Assembly (NCBI GenBank): GCA_964402535.1
Contig: CAYOCH010000003.1
Coordinates: forward strand, 1,825-65,824
Direction: 5' to 3'
DNA from: an uncultured Candidatus Saccharibacteria bacterium
Lineage (GTDB): Bacteria > Patescibacteriota > Minisyncoccia > Phycocordibacterales > Phycocordibacteraceae
Length of the DNA: 64,000 nucleotides
This document shows, piece after piece, positions 1 to 9,436 of this stretch; positions within the stretch are counted from its first letter, which is position 1, and the number at the start of each line of letters is the position of its first letter. A model generated the notes under the pieces. The model worked only from the letters and a program-made list of their open reading frames with translations, was not told the origin of the DNA and did not search any database. The position numbers were made by a program, and so were the translations under genes.

Positions 1-160
1 CGAACTTGCGAAGCACCTCAAGAAGAATCCTAAGGATTTCCACTCTCGCCGCGGCCTCCTGCAGATGGTCGCCGACCGTCGCTCGCACCTGCGCTATCTC
101 GAGACGAACGACAAGCGCCGCTATAACGCGGTGATCAAGAAGCTCGGGTTGAAGAAATAA
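1..160 (+). CDS. rpsO: 30S ribosomal protein S15, 3' part (starts before window)
   Basis: Frame from position 2 reads ELAKHLKKNPKDFHSRRGLLQMVADRRSHLRYL...KKLGLKK*, the S15 C-terminal signature. Confidence 0.95.
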   Translation, partial: ELAKHLKKNPKDFHSRRGLLQMVADRRSHLRYLETNDKRRYNAVIKKLGLKK

Positions 161-242
161 ATCCGGCCTCCTGCTGGTATCATGAAGGGGTGGCGGTTGC
201 CGCCCAGATTTAATAGGTTTTCATTTCTATAAGCATATTTTT

Positions 243-758
243 ATGGCAGTTATCAAACATCCGGCCCAGCGTGTGGGCGTATTCATCGACACGCAGAACC
301 TCTATCACAGCGCGAAGCACCTCTATAAGGCGCGCGTCAACTTTGGCAAGATCCTCGAAGAGGCGGTCGGCGGCCGCACGCTCGTGCGCGCCATCGCCTA
401 CGTGATCTCGACGGAGGGCGGTGAGGAGAAGAACTTCTTCGAGGCGCTCACCAAGATGGGCATCGAGACCAAGGTGAAGGATCTCCAGATCTTCGCCGAC
501 GGCGCGAAGAAGGCAGACTGGGACGTCGGTCTCGCGATCGACGCGGTCAAGCTCGCTCCCAAGCTCGACACGGTCGTGCTCGTGACGGGCGACGGCGACT
601 TCGTCCCGCTTATCGAGTATCTCGATATGAACATGGGCTGTCAGGTGGAGGTGATCTCATTCGGCAAGTCCTCATCGGCCAAGCTGAAGGAGGCTGCGCA
701 CGCGTTCACCGACATGTGCGACGATCCGCGCAAGTTCACCATCGCCTCGCGCGCATAA
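243..758 (+). CDS. NYN domain (LabA/DUF88, PIN-like) protein
   Basis: FIDxQN, K.DWDV.LAID and GDGDF motifs. Confidence 0.9.
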   Translation: MAVIKHPAQRVGVFIDTQNLYHSAKHLYKARVNFGKILEEAVGGRTLVRAIAYVISTEGGEEKNFFEALTKMGIETKVKDLQIFADGAKKADWDVGLAIDAVKLAPKLDTVVLVTGDGDFVPLIEYLDMNMGCQVEVISFGKSSSAKLKEAAHAFTDMCDDPRKFTIASRA

Positions 759-798
759 CGGTCACAAACCGAGGTCTGATGCGTTACACTAGGTAACG

Positions 799-1935
799 AT
801 GGACACGACGCCGACGCCGATCCCCGACGACAAGCCTGAGAAGAGTGGAGCAGGGAAGTTCATCCGCACCTTTGCGGGCGATATGGAGATCCTGAAGTCG
901 GGCGGGACGCCCGATTTCGTGCCGATGGGCGAGCACGGCAACCCGGCCGAGCGATTGGTGAGCGTCTCTCCGGTCGCCGAGACACCGCCGCCCGCGCCCG
1001 CTCCGGCGCCAGAGCCGGCACCCGACACGCTCATGCCGGAGCATAAAGAGACGCTTGTCTCGCCGCTACAGACCTACTCGGCTGATTTCGCCGATCGGGT
1101 CAAGGATACGCACGCCTCGGCGGTGACGATCCTCGCTGCCGAGCAGGACGCCGGCCCGGCGCCCGAGATGCCCGCGCCCGCACCTGTGAAGCAGCCGATG
1201 GTGAGCAACAAGTTCCTCGTGATCACGGGGCTCGTGCTGCTTATGATAGGACTCGCTGGCGCGGGTATCGCCTACGTGCGCTATCAGTCAGCGATCGCAC
1301 CGGTCGCGGTGGCGCCCACGATCACGGCACCGATCTTCGTCGACGACCGCCAGCAAGTCTCGGGAGCGGGTGACGCGCTCCTCGGCATGGTGCAGGCTTC
1401 GGTCGCGCGTCAACTGTCGGCAAACCAGGTGCGTCTTCTCTATATTGCGACTTCGGCGCCCCAGAGCGTGTTCGCGCTCCTGCCGACCGGCGCGCCGTTC
1501 GTCGTCACGCGCAACGTGCAGCCCTTGGGCAGCATGGCAGGCGTCGTGAACGTGAACGGCGCACAGAGCCTCTTTTTCATCTTATCGGTCGACTCCTACA
1601 GCAATACGTTCGCGGGCATGCTTCAGTGGGAGAACACGATGCCGCGCGATCTCGTGAAGATGTATCCGCCGTACCCGACAGACGTCTCACAAGCAAGTGC
1701 GACGACAACCGCCACGACTACCGCGAAGACTGCACCGAATGCTCCTTCTGTCACCGCCGGATTCGTTGATGCAACGGTCTCGAATCATGACGTGCGCGAA
1801 TATCTCGATGGGCAGGGCAGAGTCGTCATGGTCTACGGCTACTGGGATCAGCAGATGCTTGTCCTCGCGCGCGACGAGAGCGCATTTTCAGAGATCATCA
1901 GCCGCCTCGCGACTTCACGAGCGCAAATGCGATAG
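799..1935 (+). CDS. hypothetical single-pass membrane protein with Pro-rich N-terminus
   Basis: 378-aa ORF with one TM segment (FLVITGLVLLMIGLAGAGIAY) and host-like codon use. Confidence 0.75.
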   Translation: MDTTPTPIPDDKPEKSGAGKFIRTFAGDMEILKSGGTPDFVPMGEHGNPAERLVSVSPVAETPPPAPAPAPEPAPDTLMPEHKETLVSPLQTYSADFADRVKDTHASAVTILAAEQDAGPAPEMPAPAPVKQPMVSNKFLVITGLVLLMIGLAGAGIAYVRYQSAIAPVAVAPTITAPIFVDDRQQVSGAGDALLGMVQASVARQLSANQVRLLYIATSAPQSVFALLPTGAPFVVTRNVQPLGSMAGVVNVNGAQSLFFILSVDSYSNTFAGMLQWENTMPRDLVKMYPPYPTDVSQASATTTATTTAKTAPNAPSVTAGFVDATVSNHDVREYLDGQGRVVMVYGYWDQQMLVLARDESAFSEIISRLATSRAQMR

Positions 1936-1953
1936 TCTGGTATCATACCGTTC

Positions 1954-2301
1954 ATGAAGACCGAACAATACAAGAAGAAACTCGAGGAGGAGAAGCAGAA
2001 GCTTGAGAAAGAACTTGCATCGATCGGCCGCCGCAATCCTGCGGTTCCTGATGATTGGGAGGTCGCGCCCTCTGAGATCGGCACCGAGGCCGATCTCGCT
2101 GACCAAGCTGACGTCGTGATGAATATCGAGAGCAACACGGCGATCCTCGCCGATCTCGAGGCTCGCTATGACTCGGTCATCTCGGCGCTGCACCGGATCG
2201 AGAGCCGGACCTACGGGAAGTGCGAGGTGTGCGGCGAAGAGGTCGGCGAAGCGCGGCTCACGGCCGACCCGGCCGCGACCACGTGCGTGAAGCACCTGTA
2301 A
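1954..2301 (+). CDS. TraR/DksA C4-type zinc finger protein
   Basis: Coiled coil with DLADQA, then YGKCEVCG...ARL..DP.ATTCVKH. Confidence 0.9.
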   Translation: MKTEQYKKKLEEEKQKLEKELASIGRRNPAVPDDWEVAPSEIGTEADLADQADVVMNIESNTAILADLEARYDSVISALHRIESRTYGKCEVCGEEVGEARLTADPAATTCVKHL

Positions 2302-2307
2302 TCCCGC

Positions 2308-3882
2308 ATGACAGCCGCGCGACCGACAGCACCCTCGGTTCGTAGCGCACAGCAGAAATCATTGCCGAAGGCCGGCTACGCCAAGACGCTCGCCGCGCAG
2401 CCGGTCGGCTCTGCAGCCGAGCTTGTCTCGGTCGAAGCGGATTTGACGCGCGGCCTCCACAACTTTACCGTCGTCGGGCTCGCCGACAAGGCGGTCGAAG
2501 AGGCGCGCGATCGGATCTCGGCGGCGATTCGCCACTCGGGCTACAAGCCGCCCAAGCAGCAGAACAAACGCATCGTCCTCTCGCTCTCGCCGGCAGACTT
2601 GAAGAAGGAGGGCTCGCACTACGACCTCGCGCTGGCGCTCGCGTACCTCACGGCCGCGGGCGACGTGCCAGAGCTCGCTGACGAAGCGCTCCTCATCGGC
2701 GAGCTCGCGCTCGACGGCACGCTGCGCGCGGTGAAGGGCGTGCTGCCGCAGGTGCTCGCTGCGAAGCGTCGCGGGACGAAGACCGTCTTCGTGCCGCCGG
2801 ATAATGCGCGTGAGGCGCTTCTCGCCGACGGCATCGCGGTCTTCGCTCCCGAGTCGCTCGCTGACCTGCTCGCGCACGTGAGGGGCGAGAAGAGCCTCCC
2901 GCGCCTTGCGCGCAACCGGCAGACACAGCTCCCGCCGCCGGCGCTCGACCTTGCCGATGTGAAAGGGCAGGAGAGCGCGAAGCGTGCCCTCGAGATCGCC
3001 GCCGCCGGCCGGCACAACATCGTCTTCTACGGGCCGCCCGGCACCGGCAAGACGATGCTCGCTCGTGCGCTCTCCGGCATCTTGCCGCCACTCACCGACG
3101 ACGAGATGCTCGAGGTGACGGCGATCCACTCGACGGCCGGCATCTTGGGCGGGAGCGAGGCGGTGTATTGGCCGCCCTTCCGCGCGCCGCACCACTCGAT
3201 ATCACACGTGGCGATTGTAGGTGGCGGCGCATTCCCTAAGGCTGGCGAGGTGACTTTGGCGCACAAGGGCGTACTCTTTCTTGATGAATTCCCCGAGTTC
3301 GACTCACGCACACTCGAGGCGCTGCGGCAGCCCTTGGAGGATCGCGTCGTGACGGTCTCGCGAGCGCGAGCGACCATCACCTTCCCGGCCGATTGCATGA
3401 TCGTCGCGGCGATGAACCCGGCGAACACGCTCTCCGAGGACATGCGCGTCGCGATCCGCGAAGCGCAGAAACAGGCGCGACGCATCAGCCGCCCGATCGT
3501 CGACCGCCTCGATCTCTGGATCGAGGTGCCTTTGGTGCCGCACGATACGCTCTCTAAGCTCGGGAGCGGCGAGCCGTCGGCAGAGGTGCGTAAGCGCGTC
3601 GTCACGGCGCGCACTCGTGTCGAGAAGCGCACTGGCAGGCGCGGGGCGACCAACGGCGCCCTGACCGGCCGCGAGCTCGACGAGAAGAGCGGCTTCACTG
3701 TCGCCTCTAAGGAGGCGCTCACCACTGCCGCGTCTCGCTTGAACCTCTCGCCTCGCTCGTATCACCGCACGATGCGCGTCGCGCGCACGATCGCCGACCT
3801 CGCGGGCGCAGAGGCAGTCACGCCGGCGCACATCCACGAGGCGCTCCAGTACCGTCCCCGCGGCCTGTTCGGATTCGAGTGA
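2308..3882 (+). CDS. comM: YifB/ComM family Mg-chelatase-like AAA+ ATPase
   Basis: [44 protein letters not shown] and RVARTIADL motifs. Confidence 0.92.
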   Translation: MTAARPTAPSVRSAQQKSLPKAGYAKTLAAQPVGSAAELVSVEADLTRGLHNFTVVGLADKAVEEARDRISAAIRHSGYKPPKQQNKRIVLSLSPADLKKEGSHYDLALALAYLTAAGDVPELADEALLIGELALDGTLRAVKGVLPQVLAAKRRGTKTVFVPPDNAREALLADGIAVFAPESLADLLAHVRGEKSLPRLARNRQTQLPPPALDLADVKGQESAKRALEIAAAGRHNIVFYGPPGTGKTMLARALSGILPPLTDDEMLEVTAIHSTAGILGGSEAVYWPPFRAPHHSISHVAIVGGGAFPKAGEVTLAHKGVLFLDEFPEFDSRTLEALRQPLEDRVVTVSRARATITFPADCMIVAAMNPANTLSEDMRVAIREAQKQARRISRPIVDRLDLWIEVPLVPHDTLSKLGSGEPSAEVRKRVVTARTRVEKRTGRRGATNGALTGRELDEKSGFTVASKEALTTAASRLNLSPRSYHRTMRVARTIADLAGAEAVTPAHIHEALQYRPRGLFGFE

Positions 3883-3913
3883 AAAGCATTTAAATTTTAA
3901 AATATTTAAATAC
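3882..3913. repeat. degenerate AT-rich 8-bp tandem array
   Basis: AAAAGCAT TTAAATTT TAAAATAT TTAAATAC; related arrays at 4187-4218, 4391-4422 and 15896-15919. Confidence 0.6.
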
Positions 3914-3922
3914 ATAATAAGT

Positions 3923-4393
3923 ATGGCGACGGTCGAACGGTTCGAGGACCTACTGATGTTCAAGAAGGCACGCGAATTGACGAAGGACGTATATCGCTCT
4001 CTCGCGTCGTGCAGAGATGCCGGTTTTCGCGACCAGATCCAGCGCGCATCCGTCTCGATCGTGTCGAACATCGCAGAAGGGTTCGAGAGCGGGACGAGAC
4101 AGGAATTCCTGAATTACCTGTATATCGCTAAAGCGTCAGCAGGTGAGGTGCGAGCGCAGATCTATGTCGGTCACGACATCGGCTATTTCAATATTGAAAT
4201 GTTTAAACATTTGAAGGCTCTCGCGGAGGAGTGCAGCCGCCTCGTCGCGAGCTTCGCAAAGAAGCTAAAAGCGGGAGGTAAGCTCGGCACGCAATTCAAG
4301 CACATGCCGCGTAAGGATGTCGCCCTCGAAATGCTCACCGCCGCCGGCTACGAACGTCTCCCGAACGGGCAGGTAGTCGAGAAAAAGCCTTGA
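3923..4393 (+). CDS. four-helix-bundle protein (23S rRNA IVP / bAvd-like family)
   Basis: FEDL, DQIQRASVSIVSNIAEGFE and FLNYLYIAKASAGEVRAQ motifs. Confidence 0.9.
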   Translation: MATVERFEDLLMFKKARELTKDVYRSLASCRDAGFRDQIQRASVSIVSNIAEGFESGTRQEFLNYLYIAKASAGEVRAQIYVGHDIGYFNIEMFKHLKALAEECSRLVASFAKKLKAGGKLGTQFKHMPRKDVALEMLTAAGYERLPNGQVVEKKP

Positions 4394-4422
4394 AATATTT
4401 CAATCTTTAAACATGTATATAC
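4391..4422. repeat. degenerate AT-rich 8-bp tandem array
   Basis: TGAAATAT TTCAATCT TTAAACAT GTATATAC, beginning at the stop codon. Confidence 0.55.
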
Positions 4423-4481
4423 GGCAAGCCTTGCGCACCACGTAGTGTTGCGAGGGGGAGCAGAAGCGATATGCTTGACCC

Positions 4482-4889
4482 ATGGAAAACCTTGAAAAGC
4501 CGGTCAGTCCTACAAATGCTGATGAAGGTCGCTTGGGAGAAGAAGAAGCTCGTGAACTCGCAAATATGCAACGGGCCGCAATAAATGCCGATCCGGAGAT
4601 GACGGCTAATACATTCGAGGACGGATTATTTGAGGAAACCACGGCTGCAGATTACGATAGTGCGTTGCAGGCGATCGAAGAACTCAAAAAGCTTTCGGCA
4701 GAGGAACCGGCAACTGAAAAAGTACTATCTGCGTTAGCTCGCGCTTCAGAGGTAGGCCGCTTTCTCGTGATGAATGCTATCAGCACGGGCTGGTACGGGG
4801 CATACGATTTTGAGGAGAAGATGCAGAAACTCGAGGATGCGTCAGCGAAACTTCGTGCCCTCAAGGAAAAGGCGAAGCAATATTCATAA
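4482..4889 (+). CDS. hypothetical acidic helical protein
   Basis: 135-aa ORF, more AT-rich codons than flanking genes, followed by a hairpin. Confidence 0.65.
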   Translation: MENLEKPVSPTNADEGRLGEEEARELANMQRAAINADPEMTANTFEDGLFEETTAADYDSALQAIEELKKLSAEEPATEKVLSALARASEVGRFLVMNAISTGWYGAYDFEEKMQKLEDASAKLRALKEKAKQYS

Positions 4890-4901
4890 CAAGAGATGAG
4901 A

Positions 4902-4930
4902 AGCCCCGCGGCGCGAAGCGCCGCGGGGCT
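4902..4930. terminator. intrinsic terminator between convergent genes
   Basis: AGCCCCGCGGCGC-GAA-GCGCCGCGGGGCT. Confidence 0.8.
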
Positions 4931-4943
4931 GTTTCATTTCGCG

Positions 4944-6110
4944 TCACTGCGGGTTGCAGACCGCGCCGAGAGAGCAGTCACGGAGGGGGTTTGCGGCGCC
5001 GCGAACCTCGAAGTGGAGGTGTGGGCCGGTCGAAAGACCCGTTGCGCCGACGTAGCCGATCGTCTGTCCGGCGAGGACGGATTGACCCGGCGAGACGATC
5101 GAACGCGACATGTGCGAGTAGAGCGTCTGCGTGCCGTTGTCGTGCGTGATCACGACGTAGTTGCCGTAGCCGCCGTTCCAGCCGCCGTTGTTGCGCGAGA
5201 TGATGACTGTGCCGTCGGCTGCGGCGCGGATCGGCGTACCGCGTGCAGCCGCGAGGTCGACGCCGTTCCAGCCATGGAGACCTTGTGTGAGAATCGCGCC
5301 GGGTAACGGATCAATGTAGTAGTCATCCTGCGCTGCTCCGCTGCCGCCCAAGTACGGCTCCTTGCCGACGCGTCTCACGGGCGTCTTGGCCTTCGGCGCT
5401 ACCGGAGAGATCTCTGCCCCCGGGATGATGATCGTCGAACCGACCGCCAAGGGCGCGGCCGGATCGAGTCCGTTGAACTGCGCGATCTCTTCTGCGTCGG
5501 CGTTGTACTTCTTGGCAATCGACTTGAGCGTGTCTCCCGCGATGATGGTGCGCTTCACGCCAGAGATCGGGAGGATGATGAGCGTATCGCCGACGCGGAC
5601 GTCATTGATACCGGAAAGATTGTTCGCCCAAATGATGGTATTCACGGAAATGTTGAACATCTTCGCGATCACCGAGAGCGTGTCGCCCGGGCGGACCACA
5701 TAGACGGAGATGCGGTCGGACTGCGTCGTGCCGACGATATCGGCCGTCGTGCCGGCGGGGCCAGAGTTGGCTACAAGCGCGTTGTCGCTCGAGGTCTGGA
5801 CGGCGCCGATGCCCTTGTCCGGGTTCGGATCCATATTGATCGCCGCGGCAAGGACCGGAGTGGCCGAGGCTGGCACGGAGGCGGCCACCGCCGCGTCGGC
5901 GTTAGACGAAAAAGGCCAAAACGCGTGGGCGCGCTTCGGCATAAAAGAGACCGCGACCGTGATGATCGCAAAGCCGAGTGCAAGCAGGGCGAACTGGCCG
6001 GCTACTTGGTATGTATCCAGGCTCGATCCTTTCGGCTCGGAGCCTGAAACCTGATGGTTGATTTCGATAGGGTAACGGGGCGATTCAGTCGTGCTTCCTA
6101 ATACAAAAAT
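4944..6110 (-). CDS. LysM-LysM-M23 peptidase (start uncertain: frame open from 6113, first ATG at 5942)
   Basis: Two LysM repeats (YVVRPGDTLS, AGDTLKSIAK) and M23 motifs N.VDLAA, GYGNYVVITH, HLHFEVR; a hydrophobic signal segment lies upstream of the first ATG. Confidence 0.85.
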   Translation of the reverse strand: MFVLGSTTESPRYPIEINHQVSGSEPKGSSLDTYQVAGQFALLALGFAIITVAVSFMPKRAHAFWPFSSNADAAVAASVPASATPVLAAAINMDPNPDKGIGAVQTSSDNALVANSGPAGTTADIVGTTQSDRISVYVVRPGDTLSVIAKMFNISVNTIIWANNLSGINDVRVGDTLIILPISGVKRTIIAGDTLKSIAKKYNADAEEIAQFNGLDPAAPLAVGSTIIIPGAEISPVAPKAKTPVRRVGKEPYLGGSGAAQDDYYIDPLPGAILTQGLHGWNGVDLAAARGTPIRAAADGTVIISRNNGGWNGGYGNYVVITHDNGTQTLYSHMSRSIVSPGQSVLAGQTIGYVGATGLSTGPHLHFEVRGAANPLRDCSLGAVCNPQ

Positions 6111-6224
6111 GGCTTACATAAGCCATTTCTTGCGTACTTCCATATCAGCTATACCTCGAGTATATCCAACGAGGTCGCCCCGTCAATGAGGGCTCCCGAT
6201 GCCTGTGGAGAACGCATTTTAGGG

Positions 6225-6292
6225 TACACCCAGCACTAAAATTGCTCAATTTTACGTTGTGCACTTTGCGGAGCGGTTTAGTGCTGGGTATA
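6225..6292. promoter_or_regulatory. inverted repeat carrying divergent -10-like elements
   Basis: TACACCCAGCACTAAA (6225-6240) / TTTAGTGCTGGGTATA (6277-6292), 15/16 complementary. Confidence 0.5.
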
Positions 6293-6300
6293 TTTGGACA

Positions 6301-8235
6301 GTGAAATACCTCGACGGGTTGAATGATGCGCAAAAAAGGGCGGTTCTCGCCAAAGACGGACCGATTTCTGTCTTGGCGGGCGCCGGGAGCGGCAAAACGC
6401 GCGTCCTCACGACCCGGATCTACCACCTGATCCGCGAGGGGGTCGCGCCGCGGGAGATAGTAGCCGTCACCTTCACCAACAAGGCCGCCCGCGAGATGCG
6501 CGAGCGCGTCCGCGCTATGCTTTCTGCTCCGCACGAGGATACACAGAACGAGCGGCGAGATGGATTAATGCCGTTCATCGCCACCTTTCACGGGCTCGGG
6601 CGCGAACTCCTCGAGAGCTACGGGTCAGTGATGGACATCCCGCGCTACTTCAGCGTCTACGACCGCGACGACTCTGAGAAGGCGATCGCGACCGCTTTGA
6701 AAGCTCTCGATGTTGACGCAAAGGAGCTCTCCCCGCGCGCCGTGCTCGGCCGCATCTCGCGGGCGAAGGGCGAGGGGATGACCGCGCAGGAGTTCTCCGA
6801 ACGCTACGGCCGCTCGAGCTTCGGGGGGCGCATCGCGGCGGAGGCGTGGCTCCGCTACGACAAGGTCTTGAAGGCCGAGAAGGCGCTCGACTTCGACGAC
6901 TTGATCGCGCTGCCGCTCCGGATGCTTGAGGAACACGCGGAGGTGCGCGAGGCCGCGCAGAACCGCTGGCACTACATCCATATCGACGAATATCAAGACA
7001 CGAACGCGCTCCAGGGCCGTCTTGCGAACTTGCTCGCCGCGAAGCACAAGAACCTCTTCGTCGTCGGCGACATCGACCAGACGATTTATACCTGGCGCGG
7101 CGCGACGATCGAGAACCTGCTCGAGTTCGACAAGAACTATCCGGAGGCTCAGACGATCATTCTTGAGCAGAACTACCGTTCGACGAAGAATTTGGTCGAC
7201 GCTGCGAACGCGGTGATCGAGAAGAACAAGAACCGCAAGGAGAAGCGCTCGACGACCGAGCAGGGCCGCGGCGAACCGATCAGCATCCATATCGCGCTCT
7301 CGGCAGAGGACGAGGCGCGCTGGATCGCGCTTAAGATCCGCGAGTTGATGCGGCAAGGGACGAAGCCAGAGGATATCGCGATCCTCTTTCGCACCAACTT
7401 CCAGTCGCGAGCGCTCGAGGAGGGGCTCCTGCATGCCGGTGTTCCGTACAAGCTCCTCGGCACGCACTTCTTCGCGCGCAAGGAGGTGAAGGATGCGCTC
7501 GCGTGGGTGCGCCTCGCGATGGATCCGTCGCGTGAACAGGACAAGATCCGCGCGGCCGCAGCGCCCGCGCGCGGGATCGGCAAGGTCACGCTCGGCAAGC
7601 TTGCGGCGGGTGACCGTGCGGCGCTTCGTGCTGGAGAGCTCGCGAAGGTCGAGGCGTTCGAACGCATTGTCGCCGAACTTGCAGCAGCGACTGAGCAGCT
7701 CGCGCCATCGGAGTTCGTGAAGCTCGTGATCGAGAAGAGCGGCATGCGCCGCGTGCTCCTTGACGAGGGTTCGGCAGAGGACCGAGAGCGCTTTGAGAAC
7801 GTCGAGGAGCTCGCCTCGGTCGCCGCGCGCTACGATGCGACGCCGGGGAAGGGCGGCATCGCCGCTTTCCTCGCCGAGGCGGCGCTCGCGAGCGATCAGG
7901 ACGAGCTCGATCAAGGCGAGAAGACGGGTGTGACGCTCATGACGGTGCATGCCGCGAAAGGGCTCGAGTTCGGCACGGTGTTCGTCGCCGGCATGGAGGA
8001 AGGGCTCTTCCCCCACCAGGGGATGGGCAACGACGCCGACCGCGACGAAGAGGAGGAGCGGCGGCTCTTCTATGTCGCGATGACGCGCGCCAAAGCGCGG
8101 CTCTATCTCACGCTCGCGCGCGTGCGCAAGATCTACGGCACCGACTACGTCTCTGACCCGTCGTCGTTCATCGCCGATATCGACTCGTCGCTCTTGCTCT
8201 ATGATGAGACCGAAGGCTATGTCATCAACTATTAA
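6301..8235 (+). CDS. pcrA: UvrD/PcrA SF1 DNA helicase
   Basis: AGAGSGKT, TFTNKAA, DEYQDTN, QNYRST, TVHAAKGLEF and EEERRLFYVAMTRA motifs; GTG start at 6301. Confidence 0.93.
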   Translation: MKYLDGLNDAQKRAVLAKDGPISVLAGAGSGKTRVLTTRIYHLIREGVAPREIVAVTFTNKAAREMRERVRAMLSAPHEDTQNERRDGLMPFIATFHGLGRELLESYGSVMDIPRYFSVYDRDDSEKAIATALKALDVDAKELSPRAVLGRISRAKGEGMTAQEFSERYGRSSFGGRIAAEAWLRYDKVLKAEKALDFDDLIALPLRMLEEHAEVREAAQNRWHYIHIDEYQDTNALQGRLANLLAAKHKNLFVVGDIDQTIYTWRGATIENLLEFDKNYPEAQTIILEQNYRSTKNLVDAANAVIEKNKNRKEKRSTTEQGRGEPISIHIALSAEDEARWIALKIRELMRQGTKPEDIAILFRTNFQSRALEEGLLHAGVPYKLLGTHFFARKEVKDALAWVRLAMDPSREQDKIRAAAAPARGIGKVTLGKLAAGDRAALRAGELAKVEAFERIVAELAAATEQLAPSEFVKLVIEKSGMRRVLLDEGSAEDRERFENVEELASVAARYDATPGKGGIAAFLAEAALASDQDELDQGEKTGVTLMTVHAAKGLEFGTVFVAGMEEGLFPHQGMGNDADRDEEEERRLFYVAMTRAKARLYLTLARVRKIYGTDYVSDPSSFIADIDSSLLLYDETEGYVINY

Positions 8236-9013
8236 AGCGAACCCTTCAACTCCGTTCAGGGCGAGAAAATCGTTGGGGCAGAATTTCCTGATGCATGCGC
8301 GGATCGCGGAGCGGATCGCGAAGGCCGCGGCGCTTCCGGCAGACGCGACCGTGTTCGAGATCGGTCCCGGCACGGGGATGCTCACCCGCGAGCTCCTGGA
8401 CGTCACGAAGAAGGTGATCGCCCTCGAGGCGGATGGCGAGCTCTATGCCCAACTGCGCGAGACGTTCGCCGACGAGATCGCGCACAAACGCCTCGAACTT
8501 ATTCACGGCGACATTCGCAGCTATCCACTAACTTTCACGGCCGTTAGGAATAGTGGATACCATGTTGTGGCGAACATCCCGTATTACCTCACCGGCGAAA
8601 TCTTTCGGATGCTTCTCGCTGCACGGCATCAGCCGCGCTCGATGACGCTCTTGGTGCAGAAAGAGGTTGCCGAGCGTGTCGCACGGTCGAAAAAAGAAAG
8701 CATTCTCTCGCTGTCAGTAAAAGCATTCGGCGTACCGACGTACGAATTCACCGTCCCGCGAGGCGCGTTCAGACCTGCGCCGAAGGTAGACTCGGCCGTC
8801 CTCTCTATACGCGACATTTCTCGCGCTGCCTTCACGAAGAAGGGGAGCGAGGAGCGCTTTTTCACGCTGCTGCATGCGGCGTTCGCGCACAAGCGCAAAT
8901 TCGTGCGCAATAACTTGGCCGAAGCAGGACTCGATGCCGGCGTTATCCCAGAAAAAGCGCGAGCAGAGGATGTCCCGCTCGCAGTGTGGCTCAAACTTTC
9001 AAGCGAGCATTAG
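8219..9013 (+). CDS. rsmA: 16S rRNA m6,2A dimethyltransferase
   Basis: KSLGQNFL, EIGPGTG, VANIPYYLT and F.PAPKVDSAV motifs. Confidence 0.95.
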   Translation: MSSTIKANPSTPFRARKSLGQNFLMHARIAERIAKAAALPADATVFEIGPGTGMLTRELLDVTKKVIALEADGELYAQLRETFADEIAHKRLELIHGDIRSYPLTFTAVRNSGYHVVANIPYYLTGEIFRMLLAARHQPRSMTLLVQKEVAERVARSKKESILSLSVKAFGVPTYEFTVPRGAFRPAPKVDSAVLSIRDISRAAFTKKGSEERFFTLLHAAFAHKRKFVRNNLAEAGLDAGVIPEKARAEDVPLAVWLKLSSEH

Positions 9014-9396
9014 ATGCTCGTGCCGTAAAACCACGCCGAGGCGGGTACGGTAAAGCCTGTGTTCGGGCTCGTGAGGCAGAATGCCGGCGCCGAATAGCGC
9101 ATCCCTAGCACGCTCTGACCCGGATGCGACATAATATAGAAGAGGAATGGCGACGGATACACGGCAACGTCGATCGGGAACCCGAATGGCGCAAGTGCGA
9201 TGGTCGCAGTCACGAACCCGACGCCGAGACAGGGCCGGATCGCCACCACTTTTCCACCGAACGGCGCGACGAAGGTGTCGGCGCCGGTCGACCCTTCCGC
9301 CCAATCGCTCGCGTGAGCGACTGGATCGGTCGTGACCAAGAAAGAGGTACCGAGAAGGAGGATTGCAGTGAAGAAAACAATAAGAACAGTGCGCAT
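9010..9396 (-). CDS. hypothetical secreted protein
   Basis: Signal peptide ending in AHA, PFGG motif, two Cys. Confidence 0.6.
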   Translation of the reverse strand: MRTVLIVFFTAILLLGTSFLVTTDPVAHASDWAEGSTGADTFVAPFGGKVVAIRPCLGVGFVTATIALAPFGFPIDVAVYPSPFLFYIMSHPGQSVLGMRYSAPAFCLTSPNTGFTVPASAWFYGTSI

Positions 9397-9436
9397 AGGG
9401 TCATAGTAGCACGCAGCTGCTATACTTTATAGCGAT

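Noticed and set aside
3923-4393. Four-helix-bundle gene as evidence for a complete DGR or a 23S rRNA intervening sequence
   Set aside because: No reverse transcriptase, TR/VR pair or rRNA sequence in the window
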